Assembly (NCBI GenBank): GCA_947463665.1
Contig: CANHUD010000001.1
Coordinates: 1-35,528 of the forward strand
Direction of reading: 5' to 3'
DNA length: 35,528 nucleotides
From: Sphingobacteriales bacterium
Lineage (GTDB): Bacteria > Bacteroidota > Bacteroidia > Chitinophagales > Chitinophagaceae
In this document: positions 1 to 10,384 of the stretch, in pieces
Position numbering within the stretch: the first letter of the stretch is position 1
How the letters are laid out: the number at the start of each line of letters is the position of its first letter
The notes under the pieces: model-generated
Seen by the model: only the letters and a program-made list of their open reading frames with translations
The model's database searches: none
Told to the model about the DNA's origin: nothing
Translations under genes and position numbers: made by a program

Positions 1-243
1 AAGAACTCCTCTGCCATGCTCTTCCTGTCTGCCAAAGTGTCGCACCTGTCGCTCCTGCCTCAGGGTGAACCGGAAAAGAAAAACCGAGTGGTCAATATGG
101 TGGCACAAATGGACAAAGAAGGTTTCGGTAGCTGTACCAACACATACTCCTGTGAAGCAGAATGCCCTAAAGGTATCTCGGTAGCCAATATAGCCCGCCT
201 CAACCGGGAATACCTGGCCGCTTCCCTCTCAGGTGAGAACTGA
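1..243 (+). CDS. sdhB: Succinate dehydrogenase/fumarate reductase iron-sulfur subunit, 3' part (runs off the window start)
   Basis: The frame is open from base 1 ([16 protein letters not shown]...). The C-terminal Fe-S motif [20 protein letters not shown] is typical of Bacteroidota SdhB/FrdB. Confidence 0.9.
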   Translation, partial: KNSSAMLFLSAKVSHLSLLPQGEPEKKNRVVNMVAQMDKEGFGSCTNTYSCEAECPKGISVANIARLNREYLAASLSGEN

Positions 244-269
244 TTCCTGAACTTTTTTATACTAACTTT

Positions 270-298
270 AGGATGCTCATATGAGCATCCTTTTTTTT
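270..298 (+). terminator. Intrinsic terminator after sdhB
   Basis: Perfect palindrome AGGATGCTCATATGAGCATCCT (270-291) running into a T8 tract (291-298). Confidence 0.85.
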
Positions 299-315
299 AC
301 CCAATCCAACCACCC

Positions 316-1788
316 ATGCGCCTGCTGCTCTTTCTGGCTTTTTCCCTTCCGTTGTTGCTCAGCGCCCAGCAAAAACCCAATGTGATCTACATCTATGCAG
401 ATGATCTGGGCTATGGAGAACTCGGAAGCTATGGACAGCAAAAAATCAAAACACCCAACCTGGATAAATTAGCATCCGGAGGCATGCGTTTTACCAACCA
501 TTACACATCCGCCCCGGTCTGCGCTGCCGCCCGTTGTATGCTCATGACCGGACGCCATGCAGGGCATTCCTACATCAGAGGCAATTATGAACTCGGCGGA
601 TTCTCGGATGATACAGAAGGCGGACAAATGCCACTCCATGAAGGTGCATTCACCATCGGACACCTGATGAAGAATGCCGGCTATACCACGGGAGCCATCG
701 GCAAATGGGGATTGGGCATGTTCCATAATAGTGGAAATCCAAACAAACAGGGATTCGATTATTATTATGGATTGCTCGATCAGAAACAAGCCCATAATTT
801 CTATCCGTCTCACCTCTGGGAAAATGGAAAATGGGATACCCTGAACAATCCACCCATCAGCGCACATCAGTCCATCCCCAAAGATGCACCGGATTCTCTG
901 TTTGAAAAATTTATCGGAAGAGAATACGTAACCGATAAACTGGCTGAAAAAACCATCGCCTTTATCCGCAAGCATAAAAATGAACCTTTCTTCCTCTACC
1001 TGCCCTATGTAGCCCCGCATCTGGCACTTCAGGCACCTAAAGAAGCCGTAGATGCATATAAAGACCAGTTTAACGATCAGCCCTACTATGGTCAGAACGG
1101 CTATACCCCTTCCAAATACCCCCGGGCTACCTACGCAGCAATGATCACCTACCTTGATCTGCAGATCGGAAAGGTGATGCAAACCCTGAAAGAACTTGGA
1201 CTGGATAAAAATACGCTGATCATGTTCTCAAGCGACAATGGACCTACGTTTGATGTGGGTGGTGTGGATACCCGGTTCTTCAATAGCACCGGTGGGCTCC
1301 GGGGCCGCAAACAGGATCTCTATGAAGGCGGTATCCGGGAACCGTTCATCGCCAGCTGGCCGGGTAAAATCAAAGCCGGAACAGTGTCCCATCATGTGTC
1401 TGCTCAGTTCGATCTCATGGCTACGCTCGCTGAGCTGACACGAACACAGCCGCCTGCCAACGACGGACTGTCCTTTCTTCCTGAACTCTTAGGAAAACCA
1501 CAGTCGGCACACCCTTATCTCTATTTCGAATTCCCCGAAAAATCAGGTCAGGTAGCTATCCGAATGGGGAAATGGAAAGGAGTGCGATCGGACCTTAAAA
1601 ATAATCCGGCTGCACCCTGGGAACTCTTCGATCTTGAAAAGGATCCGGCCGAAACGTCGAATATCGCCAGCCAGCATCCGGAAATCATCCGCCGCTTTAC
1701 CGAAATCCAGCAAAAAGAACATGTATGCCCGCACATTCGCTCCTGGGAATTCATAGACCCTAAAGTGAAAAAAATCCCAGAATCCTAA
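316..1788 (+). CDS. Secreted arylsulfatase (S1 family, Cys-type)
   Basis: Signal peptide; KPNVIYIYADDLGYGE; catalytic motif CAAARCMLMTG; GKWGLG; SSDNGP; YEGGIREP; ELFDLEKDPAE. Confidence 0.92.
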   Translation: MRLLLFLAFSLPLLLSAQQKPNVIYIYADDLGYGELGSYGQQKIKTPNLDKLASGGMRFTNHYTSAPVCAAARCMLMTGRHAGHSYIRGNYELGGFSDDTEGGQMPLHEGAFTIGHLMKNAGYTTGAIGKWGLGMFHNSGNPNKQGFDYYYGLLDQKQAHNFYPSHLWENGKWDTLNNPPISAHQSIPKDAPDSLFEKFIGREYVTDKLAEKTIAFIRKHKNEPFFLYLPYVAPHLALQAPKEAVDAYKDQFNDQPYYGQNGYTPSKYPRATYAAMITYLDLQIGKVMQTLKELGLDKNTLIMFSSDNGPTFDVGGVDTRFFNSTGGLRGRKQDLYEGGIREPFIASWPGKIKAGTVSHHVSAQFDLMATLAELTRTQPPANDGLSFLPELLGKPQSAHPYLYFEFPEKSGQVAIRMGKWKGVRSDLKNNPAAPWELFDLEKDPAETSNIASQHPEIIRRFTEIQQKEHVCPHIRSWEFIDPKVKKIPES

Positions 1789-1872
1789 AGTCTGAACCTA
1801 AGAATGCCGATCCGCCGCTGCCTAGGGCAATAAATCCTATTTTTAGGCATTTATTGATAAACCACTATCTCA

Positions 1873-4800
1873 TTGCCCTCACTGCGCTCCATATGCTTTT
1901 TCCTCCTGCTTCTCATTTCCCATTACGGGTGGAGCCAGTCATCAGGCATATGGTCGAACAGAAAGGAAAAAAGAATCGCTGTAGCAGACCCATCCGTTCA
2001 ACTGGATTCCCTCAGCCTGGTACCATTCTCCGTAATAATCCCTTCGGTCGACAGCTTATCGTACAGCATTGACTGGATCAACGCACGACTTACCTGGGTG
2101 AAAAAACCGGAAACGGATTCTGTCACCATTTTTTATAGGGTACTGCCTGCGCGTCTGAACGCTACCCGGCAACATATGAACTTCGACTCCATCCTCCCGC
2201 GCTTCGCTTTCAGGCCCCCCTCCGGTAAATCCGGCTCAACGGCCGCTCAGGGACTTGATTTTGGTAACCTCACCTACAACGGAAGCTTTGGCAGAAGCCT
2301 GGCATTCGGTAACCGCCAGGATGTGGTACTTAATTCCAGCCTGAATCTCCAGCTCAGTGGCTACCTGGGCGATAGCATCTACCTCTCTGCCGCACTCAGC
2401 GATAACAATATCCCCATCCAGCCCGATGGAAATACTCAAAACCTCAATGAATTCGATCAGGTGTTCGTACAGTTTTCTAAAAAAAACTGGCGCTTTAGCA
2501 TGGGGGATATCGATATCCGACAACAGAACAGCTATTTTCTGAACTTTTACAAACGACTTCAGGGAGCTCTCTTCGAAACAGAAACCAATCTGAACAAACA
2601 GGCATCCAATAAGCTACAACTCAGTGCCGCCGCAGCCAAAGGCAAGTTTACCCGCAATATTTTCAATGGCCTGGAAGGAAACCAGGGGCCTTACCGGCTA
2701 AAAGGGGCCAACAATGAACTTTTTTTCATCGTTCTCGCCAACTCGGAAAGGGTCTGGATCGATGGTGAACTCATGCAAAGAGGAGAAGATCAGGACTATG
2801 TGATCAATTACAACACCGCCGAAATAACCTTCACTCCCCGGCAAATGATCTCTAAAGACAAACGAATCCAAATCGAATTTGAATACGCCGATCGTAATTT
2901 CCTCAACGCCCAGCTCTATCTGAACAATACATTCAAACTAAATGAAAAATGGTCCTTCACTGTTGGCGCCTTTTCCAACAGCGATGCCCGCAATTCCCCG
3001 ATCAGCCAGACGCTGGATCCGGCTCAGCGACAGTTTCTCTCCAAAATTGGCGATAGTATCCGCAATGCGTACTATCCTTCTGCGATAGCAGATACGTTTG
3101 CTTCCGGGAAAATTCTCTATCGTAAAGTAGATACCCTGCTGAACGGCCGTCCGGATTCATTCTATGTATACAGCACCGATCGCACGCAACTGCTCTATCA
3201 GCTTAATTTTATTCAGGTAGGGCAGGGCAGAGGTAATTATATGCTCGATATCGATGCCCCTACCAACGGAAAACTATTCCGATGGTCACCCCCGGATCCC
3301 TCCGGGAATAAAACAGGTGATTATGAACCAGCTATTTTACTCGTAGCCCCCAGAAAACAACAACTTTTGACCGTTGGTTCCCATTATCGCGACAGTACCT
3401 TTGAACTGCAGTCAGAACTGGCGATCAGTACGCTGGACCTGAACACGTTCTCCTCCGCCGATGAAGCGAATGATCAGGGAACAGCAGCCAGACTCACAGC
3501 TCGTTATTATCTGCCGCTAAAGGGTTCTGAATCCCGTCTGACGTTTGATATGCATGCTGAACGAATTGCCAAATCCTTTCGACCTATCGAACGGCTGCGC
3601 TCCGTAGAATTCAACCGCGACTGGGGCTTGCCGCTGGAAACCGGTACAGATGGCGAAACACTCCTAACCGGAGGAATCAGCTTTCAATCCTCCGCGAATC
3701 ATTCAATTCGATATACCCTCGGTTCCTATCAACGGGATTCCGGATACCAGGCATTCCGGCATGCCATCACCCAGGATGCTAACCTGAAAGGATGGCGTCT
3801 GCAAAATCAATTATCGTATTCTTCCCTCGAATCTGCCATCCGAAATGGATTTTTCCTTCGTCCGGTTATAGATCTCTCCAAAAGGCTTAAGGGACTTCTG
3901 AATGACTACCAGCTGGGGTTCTATTACACCCTTGAAAAAAATCAGCAACGCCTTAAAGCATTCGATTCGCTGGATGCTTCGTCTTTTTCATTTGATATCT
4001 GGAAAGTCTATCTGCGTTCCCCGGAAACCACCAACAAATGGGGGATTAGTCTCTACACAAGAGGGGATAAGCTGCCATCAGGTTCCACACTGAAAGCAGT
4101 TGACAGAAGTATTAACCTGAACGGATATGCAGAGCTGATGAGCAATGAACATCACCAGCTCCGGCTTAACACAACTTTCCGTCAACTTACCGTTCAACAG
4201 AAATTACTTTCCTCCGGCCGGCCCGAAGCTACCATCCTGGGTAGAACAGAATACCTCCTGAATGCCTGGAAAAATGCCATAACCGGTCAGGTACTCTACG
4301 AACTGGGTTCCGGGCAGGAACCCCGAAGGGCGTTCGCTTTTCTTGAAGTTCCGGCAGGGCAGGGGGAGTATACATGGATCGATTATAACAACGATGGCCT
4401 TCAACAGATCAGTGAATTTGAAATAGCACGATTTCGCGATCAGGCAAAATTCATCCGGATTTTCTCCCCAACTACCGAATTTATCAAAGCCTCTTACCTC
4501 CAATTCAATTACAGCTTTATCATCAACCCTAAAAATGCGCTTGGTGCTTCCCCGAAAACTGCATGGAAAAATCTAATCTCTAAACTCTATCTCCAGTCTG
4601 CCCTGCAATCAGCCCGGAAAAACATATCCGACGGACTGGCGCAGTTCAACCCCTTCCAGCCTGTTTTTGGCGATACATCGCTCATAACAATGGATCAGCA
4701 GTTTTCCAATACGATCTCTTTTAACCGATTGAATACCAACTGGGGTATTGACCTCAATAACCTCCGTTCATCCGGAAAAGCATTTCTTTCCTATGGCTTT

Positions 4801-5328
4801 GAATCCCGACAACTGAACGACTGGAACCTAAAAACCAGGATTACATTCAAAAAGAAATTTACCACTGAAATCCAGTCGCGCCTCTTCTCCAACATCCTGG
4901 AAACGCCGGGGCTGGCGAATCGAAATTTCCACATTAAGGGTTTTTCGGTTGAGCCGCGCCTCATTTTCACTTACCAGACCACTTTCCGACTGAAAGCTGG
5001 CTGGAAATGGGATGAACGAACCAATACCGCTGGTGAAAAAGCCTCCATCCGATCTCTCCTCACCGATATCAAGTACAATGTACTGACCAACACCTCGCTT
5101 AATACCAATCTGGCGATCACATCCATTCGATTCAATGCTCCGGCCAATACTGCCCTGGCCTATTCTATGCTCGAAGGGCTGCTACCCGGTCAGAATTTTC
5201 TCTGGACGATCGATCTTACCCGTCGTCTGACACGTTTTCTGGAAGTCAGTATCCAATACGAAGGCCGTAAGGCTGGCACATCCGGAGTCGTTCACACAGG
5301 CAGAGGACAGGTTCGAGCACTCTTTTAA
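1873..5328 (+). CDS. Large uncharacterised outer-membrane beta-barrel protein (1151 aa, TTG start)
   Basis: Long ORF with an N-terminal signal peptide, many alternating amphipathic strands and a C-terminal Phe (GQVRALF) typical of BAM substrates. A TATTTTTA promoter-like element lies at 1838-1845. Confidence 0.75.
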   Translation: MPSLRSICFFLLLLISHYGWSQSSGIWSNRKEKRIAVADPSVQLDSLSLVPFSVIIPSVDSLSYSIDWINARLTWVKKPETDSVTIFYRVLPARLNATRQHMNFDSILPRFAFRPPSGKSGSTAAQGLDFGNLTYNGSFGRSLAFGNRQDVVLNSSLNLQLSGYLGDSIYLSAALSDNNIPIQPDGNTQNLNEFDQVFVQFSKKNWRFSMGDIDIRQQNSYFLNFYKRLQGALFETETNLNKQASNKLQLSAAAAKGKFTRNIFNGLEGNQGPYRLKGANNELFFIVLANSERVWIDGELMQRGEDQDYVINYNTAEITFTPRQMISKDKRIQIEFEYADRNFLNAQLYLNNTFKLNEKWSFTVGAFSNSDARNSPISQTLDPAQRQFLSKIGDSIRNAYYPSAIADTFASGKILYRKVDTLLNGRPDSFYVYSTDRTQLLYQLNFIQVGQGRGNYMLDIDAPTNGKLFRWSPPDPSGNKTGDYEPAILLVAPRKQQLLTVGSHYRDSTFELQSELAISTLDLNTFSSADEANDQGTAARLTARYYLPLKGSESRLTFDMHAERIAKSFRPIERLRSVEFNRDWGLPLETGTDGETLLTGGISFQSSANHSIRYTLGSYQRDSGYQAFRHAITQDANLKGWRLQNQLSYSSLESAIRNGFFLRPVIDLSKRLKGLLNDYQLGFYYTLEKNQQRLKAFDSLDASSFSFDIWKVYLRSPETTNKWGISLYTRGDKLPSGSTLKAVDRSINLNGYAELMSNEHHQLRLNTTFRQLTVQQKLLSSGRPEATILGRTEYLLNAWKNAITGQVLYELGSGQEPRRAFAFLEVPAGQGEYTWIDYNNDGLQQISEFEIARFRDQAKFIRIFSPTTEFIKASYLQFNYSFIINPKNALGASPKTAWKNLISKLYLQSALQSARKNISDGLAQFNPFQPVFGDTSLITMDQQFSNTISFNRLNTNWGIDLNNLRSSGKAFLSYGFESRQLNDWNLKTRITFKKKFTTEIQSRLFSNILETPGLANRNFHIKGFSVEPRLIFTYQTTFRLKAGWKWDERTNTAGEKASIRSLLTDIKYNVLTNTSLNTNLAITSIRFNAPANTALAYSMLEGLLPGQNFLWTIDLTRRLTRFLEVSIQYEGRKAGTSGVVHTGRGQVRALF

Positions 5329-5332
5329 CAAC

Positions 5333-5358
5333 GAAAGGTGGCCATTTGACCACCTTTC
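5333..5358. terminator. Hairpin between convergent genes, probably a bidirectional terminator
   Basis: GAAAGGTGG-8nt-CCACCTTTC; on the minus strand the stem extends with a G-U pair. Confidence 0.65.
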
Positions 5359-5378
5359 AATAGTGTTAAACGAATGTA

Positions 5379-6329
5379 TTACTTCAACTGAACGGTATTC
5401 TCACCGATCTTGAACCCATTGTGATACACTTCCACTTTGTAATCCCCTTTCTGGTATTTGTCGGCCTGACGCAGATCAAAACTCACCAGCTTCGCCTGCC
5501 CCTGTTCGTAGGTGACCGTCACCCGGTTGGAATACTGTTTCTCCCCATCCTGACGGGTTTTGAAATTTCCGGATGGAAGTCCCTGCTCCGAAACCAGCTT
5601 ACCTGCCGGATCAAATACGATGATGTACAAATCCTTCTCGCCACTGGGAGCCACCCGGTTCTCATCCAGCTCAAAACTGATCCTGAACTTGTCGGCCCGC
5701 CGAGCAGCTGAAGTGGTCCTTTCCTTTCCATTGTTTCGTTCATTTACCGCCACAATACTGAAATTAGAGGCATGAAGCGTGGAGGCAACATCCACTTTTT
5801 CCTCTGCAGCCTGCCGGGCAGATTGGGTAGAATTCAGGGATTGCTCCAAATCCTCCTTTTCCGTTGTTAACCGGCGTTTATCCTGCTTTAACACCAGATT
5901 TTCGCCCTGTAACCGCTCAATCTCCTCAATATATCCGTCGATTTTCCCATTCAGCTGCTCAATCAGCCTTCGGGCTTCCGTCAGATCCGCGGTAGATGCA
6001 TTCTGCTTGCGTACCAGCTGGCTTATCCGCTGCTTCACCGTACTCAGCTCGGTATCCCGGCTCCGGATCAGACTGTCCAGATGCGTGTTCTGTCCGGATA
6101 ATTCATCTAATCTCAACAAAGCATTCTCGTACTCTTGCTGCACCATGTTCCTCGAAGAATCCAGACTGGCGTACTGCACATCCTTACTCTGAATCAACTC
6201 ATCGGTCTTGCTTTTGTCATAGATAATGTATCCCCAGGTGCCAAGCAGCGCCGCTACCAGCACGCCGTAAATCAATCCGCGATTGTCTTTTTTGGGTTCT
6301 GAACCCTGAGCATAATTCATTGCACTCAT
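5379..6329 (-). CDS. Membrane-anchored coiled-coil protein with a C-terminal beta-sandwich domain, function unknown
   Basis: Single N-terminal TM (LIYGVLVAALLGTWGYIIY), about 140 aa of heptad-rich helix, then a beta-rich domain ending GDYKVEVYHNGFKIGE. Confidence 0.75.
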   Translation of the reverse strand: MSAMNYAQGSEPKKDNRGLIYGVLVAALLGTWGYIIYDKSKTDELIQSKDVQYASLDSSRNMVQQEYENALLRLDELSGQNTHLDSLIRSRDTELSTVKQRISQLVRKQNASTADLTEARRLIEQLNGKIDGYIEEIERLQGENLVLKQDKRRLTTEKEDLEQSLNSTQSARQAAEEKVDVASTLHASNFSIVAVNERNNGKERTTSAARRADKFRISFELDENRVAPSGEKDLYIIVFDPAGKLVSEQGLPSGNFKTRQDGEKQYSNRVTVTYEQGQAKLVSFDLRQADKYQKGDYKVEVYHNGFKIGENTVQLK

Positions 6330-6437
6330 AAATTAATGTTTGACTGAATACTGTACAAAAGCTAAAATCATGCCAACCAAAAGCAACCCATCGTCTAAAA
6401 TTAAACGAATGGATTACCTTCGCTGCACGACCAAGAT

Positions 6438-7448
6438 ATGAATATTTCGATGGATACGATACTGGCGGAATGGAAGAAAAAATCCTTTCAACCCATTTAC
6501 TGGCTGGAAGGAGAGGAAGGTTATTTCATCGATATCCTCACCCATTATGCCGAACACCATCTCCTGAGCGCGGAAGAAGCATCCTTTAACCTGTCTGTAT
6601 TCTACGGAAAAGATGCCGCCTGGTCGGATGTGATCAATGCCTGCCGGAAATATCCCATGTTCTCCGATAAGCAGGTGGTGATCCTCAAAGAAGCGCAACA
6701 TATGCGCGATATTGAGAAACTGGAGCCCTATGTGGAACAACCCCAGCCTTCTACCATTTTTATCGTGGGATTTAAGGAAAAGAAAATGGACGGTCGGAGC
6801 AAATTGGGCAAAATGCTCCCTAAGAAAACGGTTCACCTGGTCACTAAAAAAGTCCCGGATTATCAACTGGCAGAATGGACCTCTCAGCTGATCCATCAGA
6901 AAGGGCTGCTGATTTCGCCTACCGGACTTTCTATGATCACCGATCATATTGGGAACGATCTTAGCCGCATATCCAACGAGATCGATAAACTGGCGGTTAA
7001 CCTTGGTGACCGCAAAGAAATCCGTGAAGCGGATGTAGAAACGTATATCGGTGTGAGCAGAGAATTCAACGTTTTTGAACTGCAGGTGGCCATCGCCCGT
7101 AAAGAAATACACAAAGCCATCCGCATCATTGAATACTTTGAACAAAACCCCAAGGCCGCTCCCATACAACTGATCATTCCTTCGCTCTATTCATTTTTCA
7201 GCAAAACATACATGATGTTCAGCTATCCGATGAACGATGAGCGGGCATTGGCCTCCGCTATGGGCGTACAGCCATTTCAGCTGCGCGATAGTCTGGTGGC
7301 GGCAAAGACGTACGGCTTTCAGGGAGTGGAAAGAGCGATCCTGCTGCTGCATCATTACAATCTCCGGTCTATTGGCATCCACGATGCAGGAACAGCGGAT
7401 GCCTCGCTGATGAAAGAACTACTGGTGAAACTGACCAGCCCGTTGTAA
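6438..7448 (+). CDS. holA: DNA polymerase III delta subunit
   Basis: PIYWLEGEEGYFID, FNLSVFYGKD, YPMFSDKQVVILKEAQ, GNDLSRISNEIDKL, SREFNVFELQ. Confidence 0.93.
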   Translation: MNISMDTILAEWKKKSFQPIYWLEGEEGYFIDILTHYAEHHLLSAEEASFNLSVFYGKDAAWSDVINACRKYPMFSDKQVVILKEAQHMRDIEKLEPYVEQPQPSTIFIVGFKEKKMDGRSKLGKMLPKKTVHLVTKKVPDYQLAEWTSQLIHQKGLLISPTGLSMITDHIGNDLSRISNEIDKLAVNLGDRKEIREADVETYIGVSREFNVFELQVAIARKEIHKAIRIIEYFEQNPKAAPIQLIIPSLYSFFSKTYMMFSYPMNDERALASAMGVQPFQLRDSLVAAKTYGFQGVERAILLLHHYNLRSIGIHDAGTADASLMKELLVKLTSPL

Positions 7449-8384
7449 TCAGTTGTGCATCAGCAAAGACCGGGCCTTTGCTTCATCCAGTGCCAATTGC
7501 TGCTTAAGCGCATCCAATGAGGAAAACCGCATTTCCGGTCTCAGAAAATACCTGCATTCTACCGTTACCCGCTTCCCATACAGGTCTCCGCTGAACTGAA
7601 AAAGATGTACTTCAATGGAACGAACCGTTCCCTCCACCGTTGGACGGAATCCGATGTTCATCATCCCGAAATACTTCTGCTGATCTGGAAGCAATACTGA
7701 TACAGCATAGACACCGTCTGCCGGAACCAGCTTATCTTTTTCGGTTAGTAACAGATTGGCAGTGGGATAGCCTATCGTACGCCCACGTTGCGCACCCTGT
7801 ACAACCTCTCCGGAAAAACTGTATGCATACCCAAGCAATTGATTGGCCTGCTCCATCCGCCCTTCTTCCAATAAAGTCCGGATCCGCGTGGAACTGATAG
7901 CCAGACTGTCCTGTATGTGAGCTGGAATCTCTTTTACCTCATACCCATATTCAATCCCCAGCCGCTCCAGCAATCGGTAATCTCCCTGTCTTTCTCTTCC
8001 AAATCGGTGATCATACCCAATAATAATCACAGAAGGATGAAAGGTGCGCACCAGAAATGAAGCCACATATTCTTCTGCCGTCATGGACGCAAACTGATCC
8101 GTAAAGGGAACAACCGCCAGATGATCTACTCCCAGGGCCTCCAGCAAAAGGGATTTCTCTTCCTGCGTATTCAATAGGGAAACTTCCCTCTGGCCTCCCG
8201 CCACGATCCGGCGTGGATGTGGATGAAAGGTGAGGATAACACTCTCCCCATCAATGGCCCGCGCCTGCTGAACAAGCTGGGCTATAATCGCCCTGTGCCC
8301 CATATGAACACCGTCGAATGTGCCGATGGTTAATACAGCTCTCCGAAAAACCGGTAAGGCGTCTGTGGAATGATATACCTTCAT
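7449..8384 (-). CDS. ribF: Bifunctional riboflavin kinase/FAD synthetase
   Basis: TIGTFDGVHMGH, GYDHRFG, ISSTRIR, GRTIGYPTAN, NIGFRPTV, IEVHL. Confidence 0.97.
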   Translation of the reverse strand: MKVYHSTDALPVFRRAVLTIGTFDGVHMGHRAIIAQLVQQARAIDGESVILTFHPHPRRIVAGGQREVSLLNTQEEKSLLLEALGVDHLAVVPFTDQFASMTAEEYVASFLVRTFHPSVIIIGYDHRFGRERQGDYRLLERLGIEYGYEVKEIPAHIQDSLAISSTRIRTLLEEGRMEQANQLLGYAYSFSGEVVQGAQRGRTIGYPTANLLLTEKDKLVPADGVYAVSVLLPDQQKYFGMMNIGFRPTVEGTVRSIEVHLFQFSGDLYGKRVTVECRYFLRPEMRFSSLDALKQQLALDEAKARSLLMHN

Positions 8385-8391
8385 GGGGTTG

Positions 8392-8399
8392 CAAAACTA
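8392..8399 (-). promoter_or_regulatory. Bacteroidota -7 promoter element for ribF
   Basis: TAGTTTTG on the minus strand matches TAnnTTTG, 7 nt before the ATG. Confidence 0.6.
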
Positions 8400-8448
8400 T
8401 TCAAAAAAGCTGTTCATAATTTCTGCCTGAAACCAATCATTGATTGTT

Positions 8449-8456
8449 TAATTTTG
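8449..8456 (+). promoter_or_regulatory. Bacteroidota -7 promoter element for purM
   Basis: TAATTTTG matches TAnnTTTG, 19 nt upstream of the ATG. Confidence 0.6.
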
Positions 8457-8475
8457 TAGAATCGAAAGCAATTCC

Positions 8476-9657
8476 ATGAGTTTATATCATCTGAGAGGGG
8501 TATCGGCACAAAAAGAAGAAGTACATGCAGCAACCCAAAACCTCGATCAGGGGCTTTTCCCTTTTTCGTTTTGTAAACTATACCCGGATTTCCTGAGCGG
8601 AGATCCCGATTGGGTTTCCGTCATGCATGCAGATGGAGCCGGAACCAAATCCATTCTGGCTTACCTCTATTGGAAAGAAACAGGAGATGTATCGGTCTGG
8701 AAAGGTATCGCCCAGGACGCGATTGTTATGAACCTGGATGACCTGCTCTGTGTAGGTATATATGATAATCTGGTCTTTAATTCTACCATCGACCGCAACA
8801 AGCACCTGATTCCGGGGGAAGTACTTTCCGCCATCATTAATGGTTCTCAGGAACTTTTCGATACACTGGCCTCCATGGGCGTTCATATACATTACCTTGG
8901 CGGTGAAACCGCTGATGTGGGCGATGTGGTCCGAACCATCGCCGTAAATGGAACGCTTACAGCCCGCTGGCCCAAATCAAAACTCATCACCAATCAGAAA
9001 ATTACCGCCGGAGATGTGATTGTTGGTTTTGCCGGTTACGGGCAGACAACCTATGAATCCTCCTACAACTCCGGCATTGCCAGCAATGGCCTTACCAGCG
9101 CCCGCCACGATCTGCTCAACCGGTATTACGCTGAACACTTCCCGGAATCCTTTGATCCAAATACATCAGGAGAGGTGGTGTATGTAGGGCCCTACCGATT
9201 GACGGATCAGGTAACCGTTTCATACAAAGGGTACACCACTGATTTGTCTGTAGGTAATCTCCTGCTAAGTCCTACCCGTACATTTGCCCCGGCTGTCCGG
9301 CAAATACTGGAAAATCATTTTGATCAGGTACATGGAATGGTACATTGCAGCGGGGGCGGCCAGACCAAATGCCTGAAATACCTTCCCGGTGGATTGTCTG
9401 TCGTCAAAGATAACCTGCTACCGGTTCCGGAAATCTTTCACCTGATCCAAAAAGCAGGAGGAGCATCCATGCAGGAAATGTACCAGGTTTTCAATATGGG
9501 TACGCGCCTGGAATTGTATGTAGCTCCGGAAGCTGCAAATGAAATCATTGAGATTGCCCGGTCATTTGAAATAGACGCTGCCATCATTGGCAGGGTAGAG
9601 GCCGCTGATACCCGTTCCCTTCAGATTCATACAGCGCAGGGAATCCTCAAATATTAG
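8476..9657 (+). CDS. purM: Phosphoribosylformylglycinamidine cyclo-ligase (AIR synthase), Bacteroidota type
   Basis: MHADGAGTKS, MNLDDLLCVG, GGETADVGD, SNGLTSARHD, HCSGGGQTK, MYQVFNMG. Confidence 0.9.
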   Translation: MSLYHLRGVSAQKEEVHAATQNLDQGLFPFSFCKLYPDFLSGDPDWVSVMHADGAGTKSILAYLYWKETGDVSVWKGIAQDAIVMNLDDLLCVGIYDNLVFNSTIDRNKHLIPGEVLSAIINGSQELFDTLASMGVHIHYLGGETADVGDVVRTIAVNGTLTARWPKSKLITNQKITAGDVIVGFAGYGQTTYESSYNSGIASNGLTSARHDLLNRYYAEHFPESFDPNTSGEVVYVGPYRLTDQVTVSYKGYTTDLSVGNLLLSPTRTFAPAVRQILENHFDQVHGMVHCSGGGQTKCLKYLPGGLSVVKDNLLPVPEIFHLIQKAGGASMQEMYQVFNMGTRLELYVAPEAANEIIEIARSFEIDAAIIGRVEAADTRSLQIHTAQGILKY

Positions 9658-9681
9658 CGAAACTTCAACCTTTTTTTACGT

Positions 9682-9689
9682 TACTTTTG
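9682..9689 (+). promoter_or_regulatory. Bacteroidota -7 promoter element for ftsE
   Basis: TACTTTTG, only 5 nt before the ATG at 9695. Confidence 0.55.
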
Positions 9690-9694
9690 ATGGT

Positions 9695-10384
<690 letters not shown>

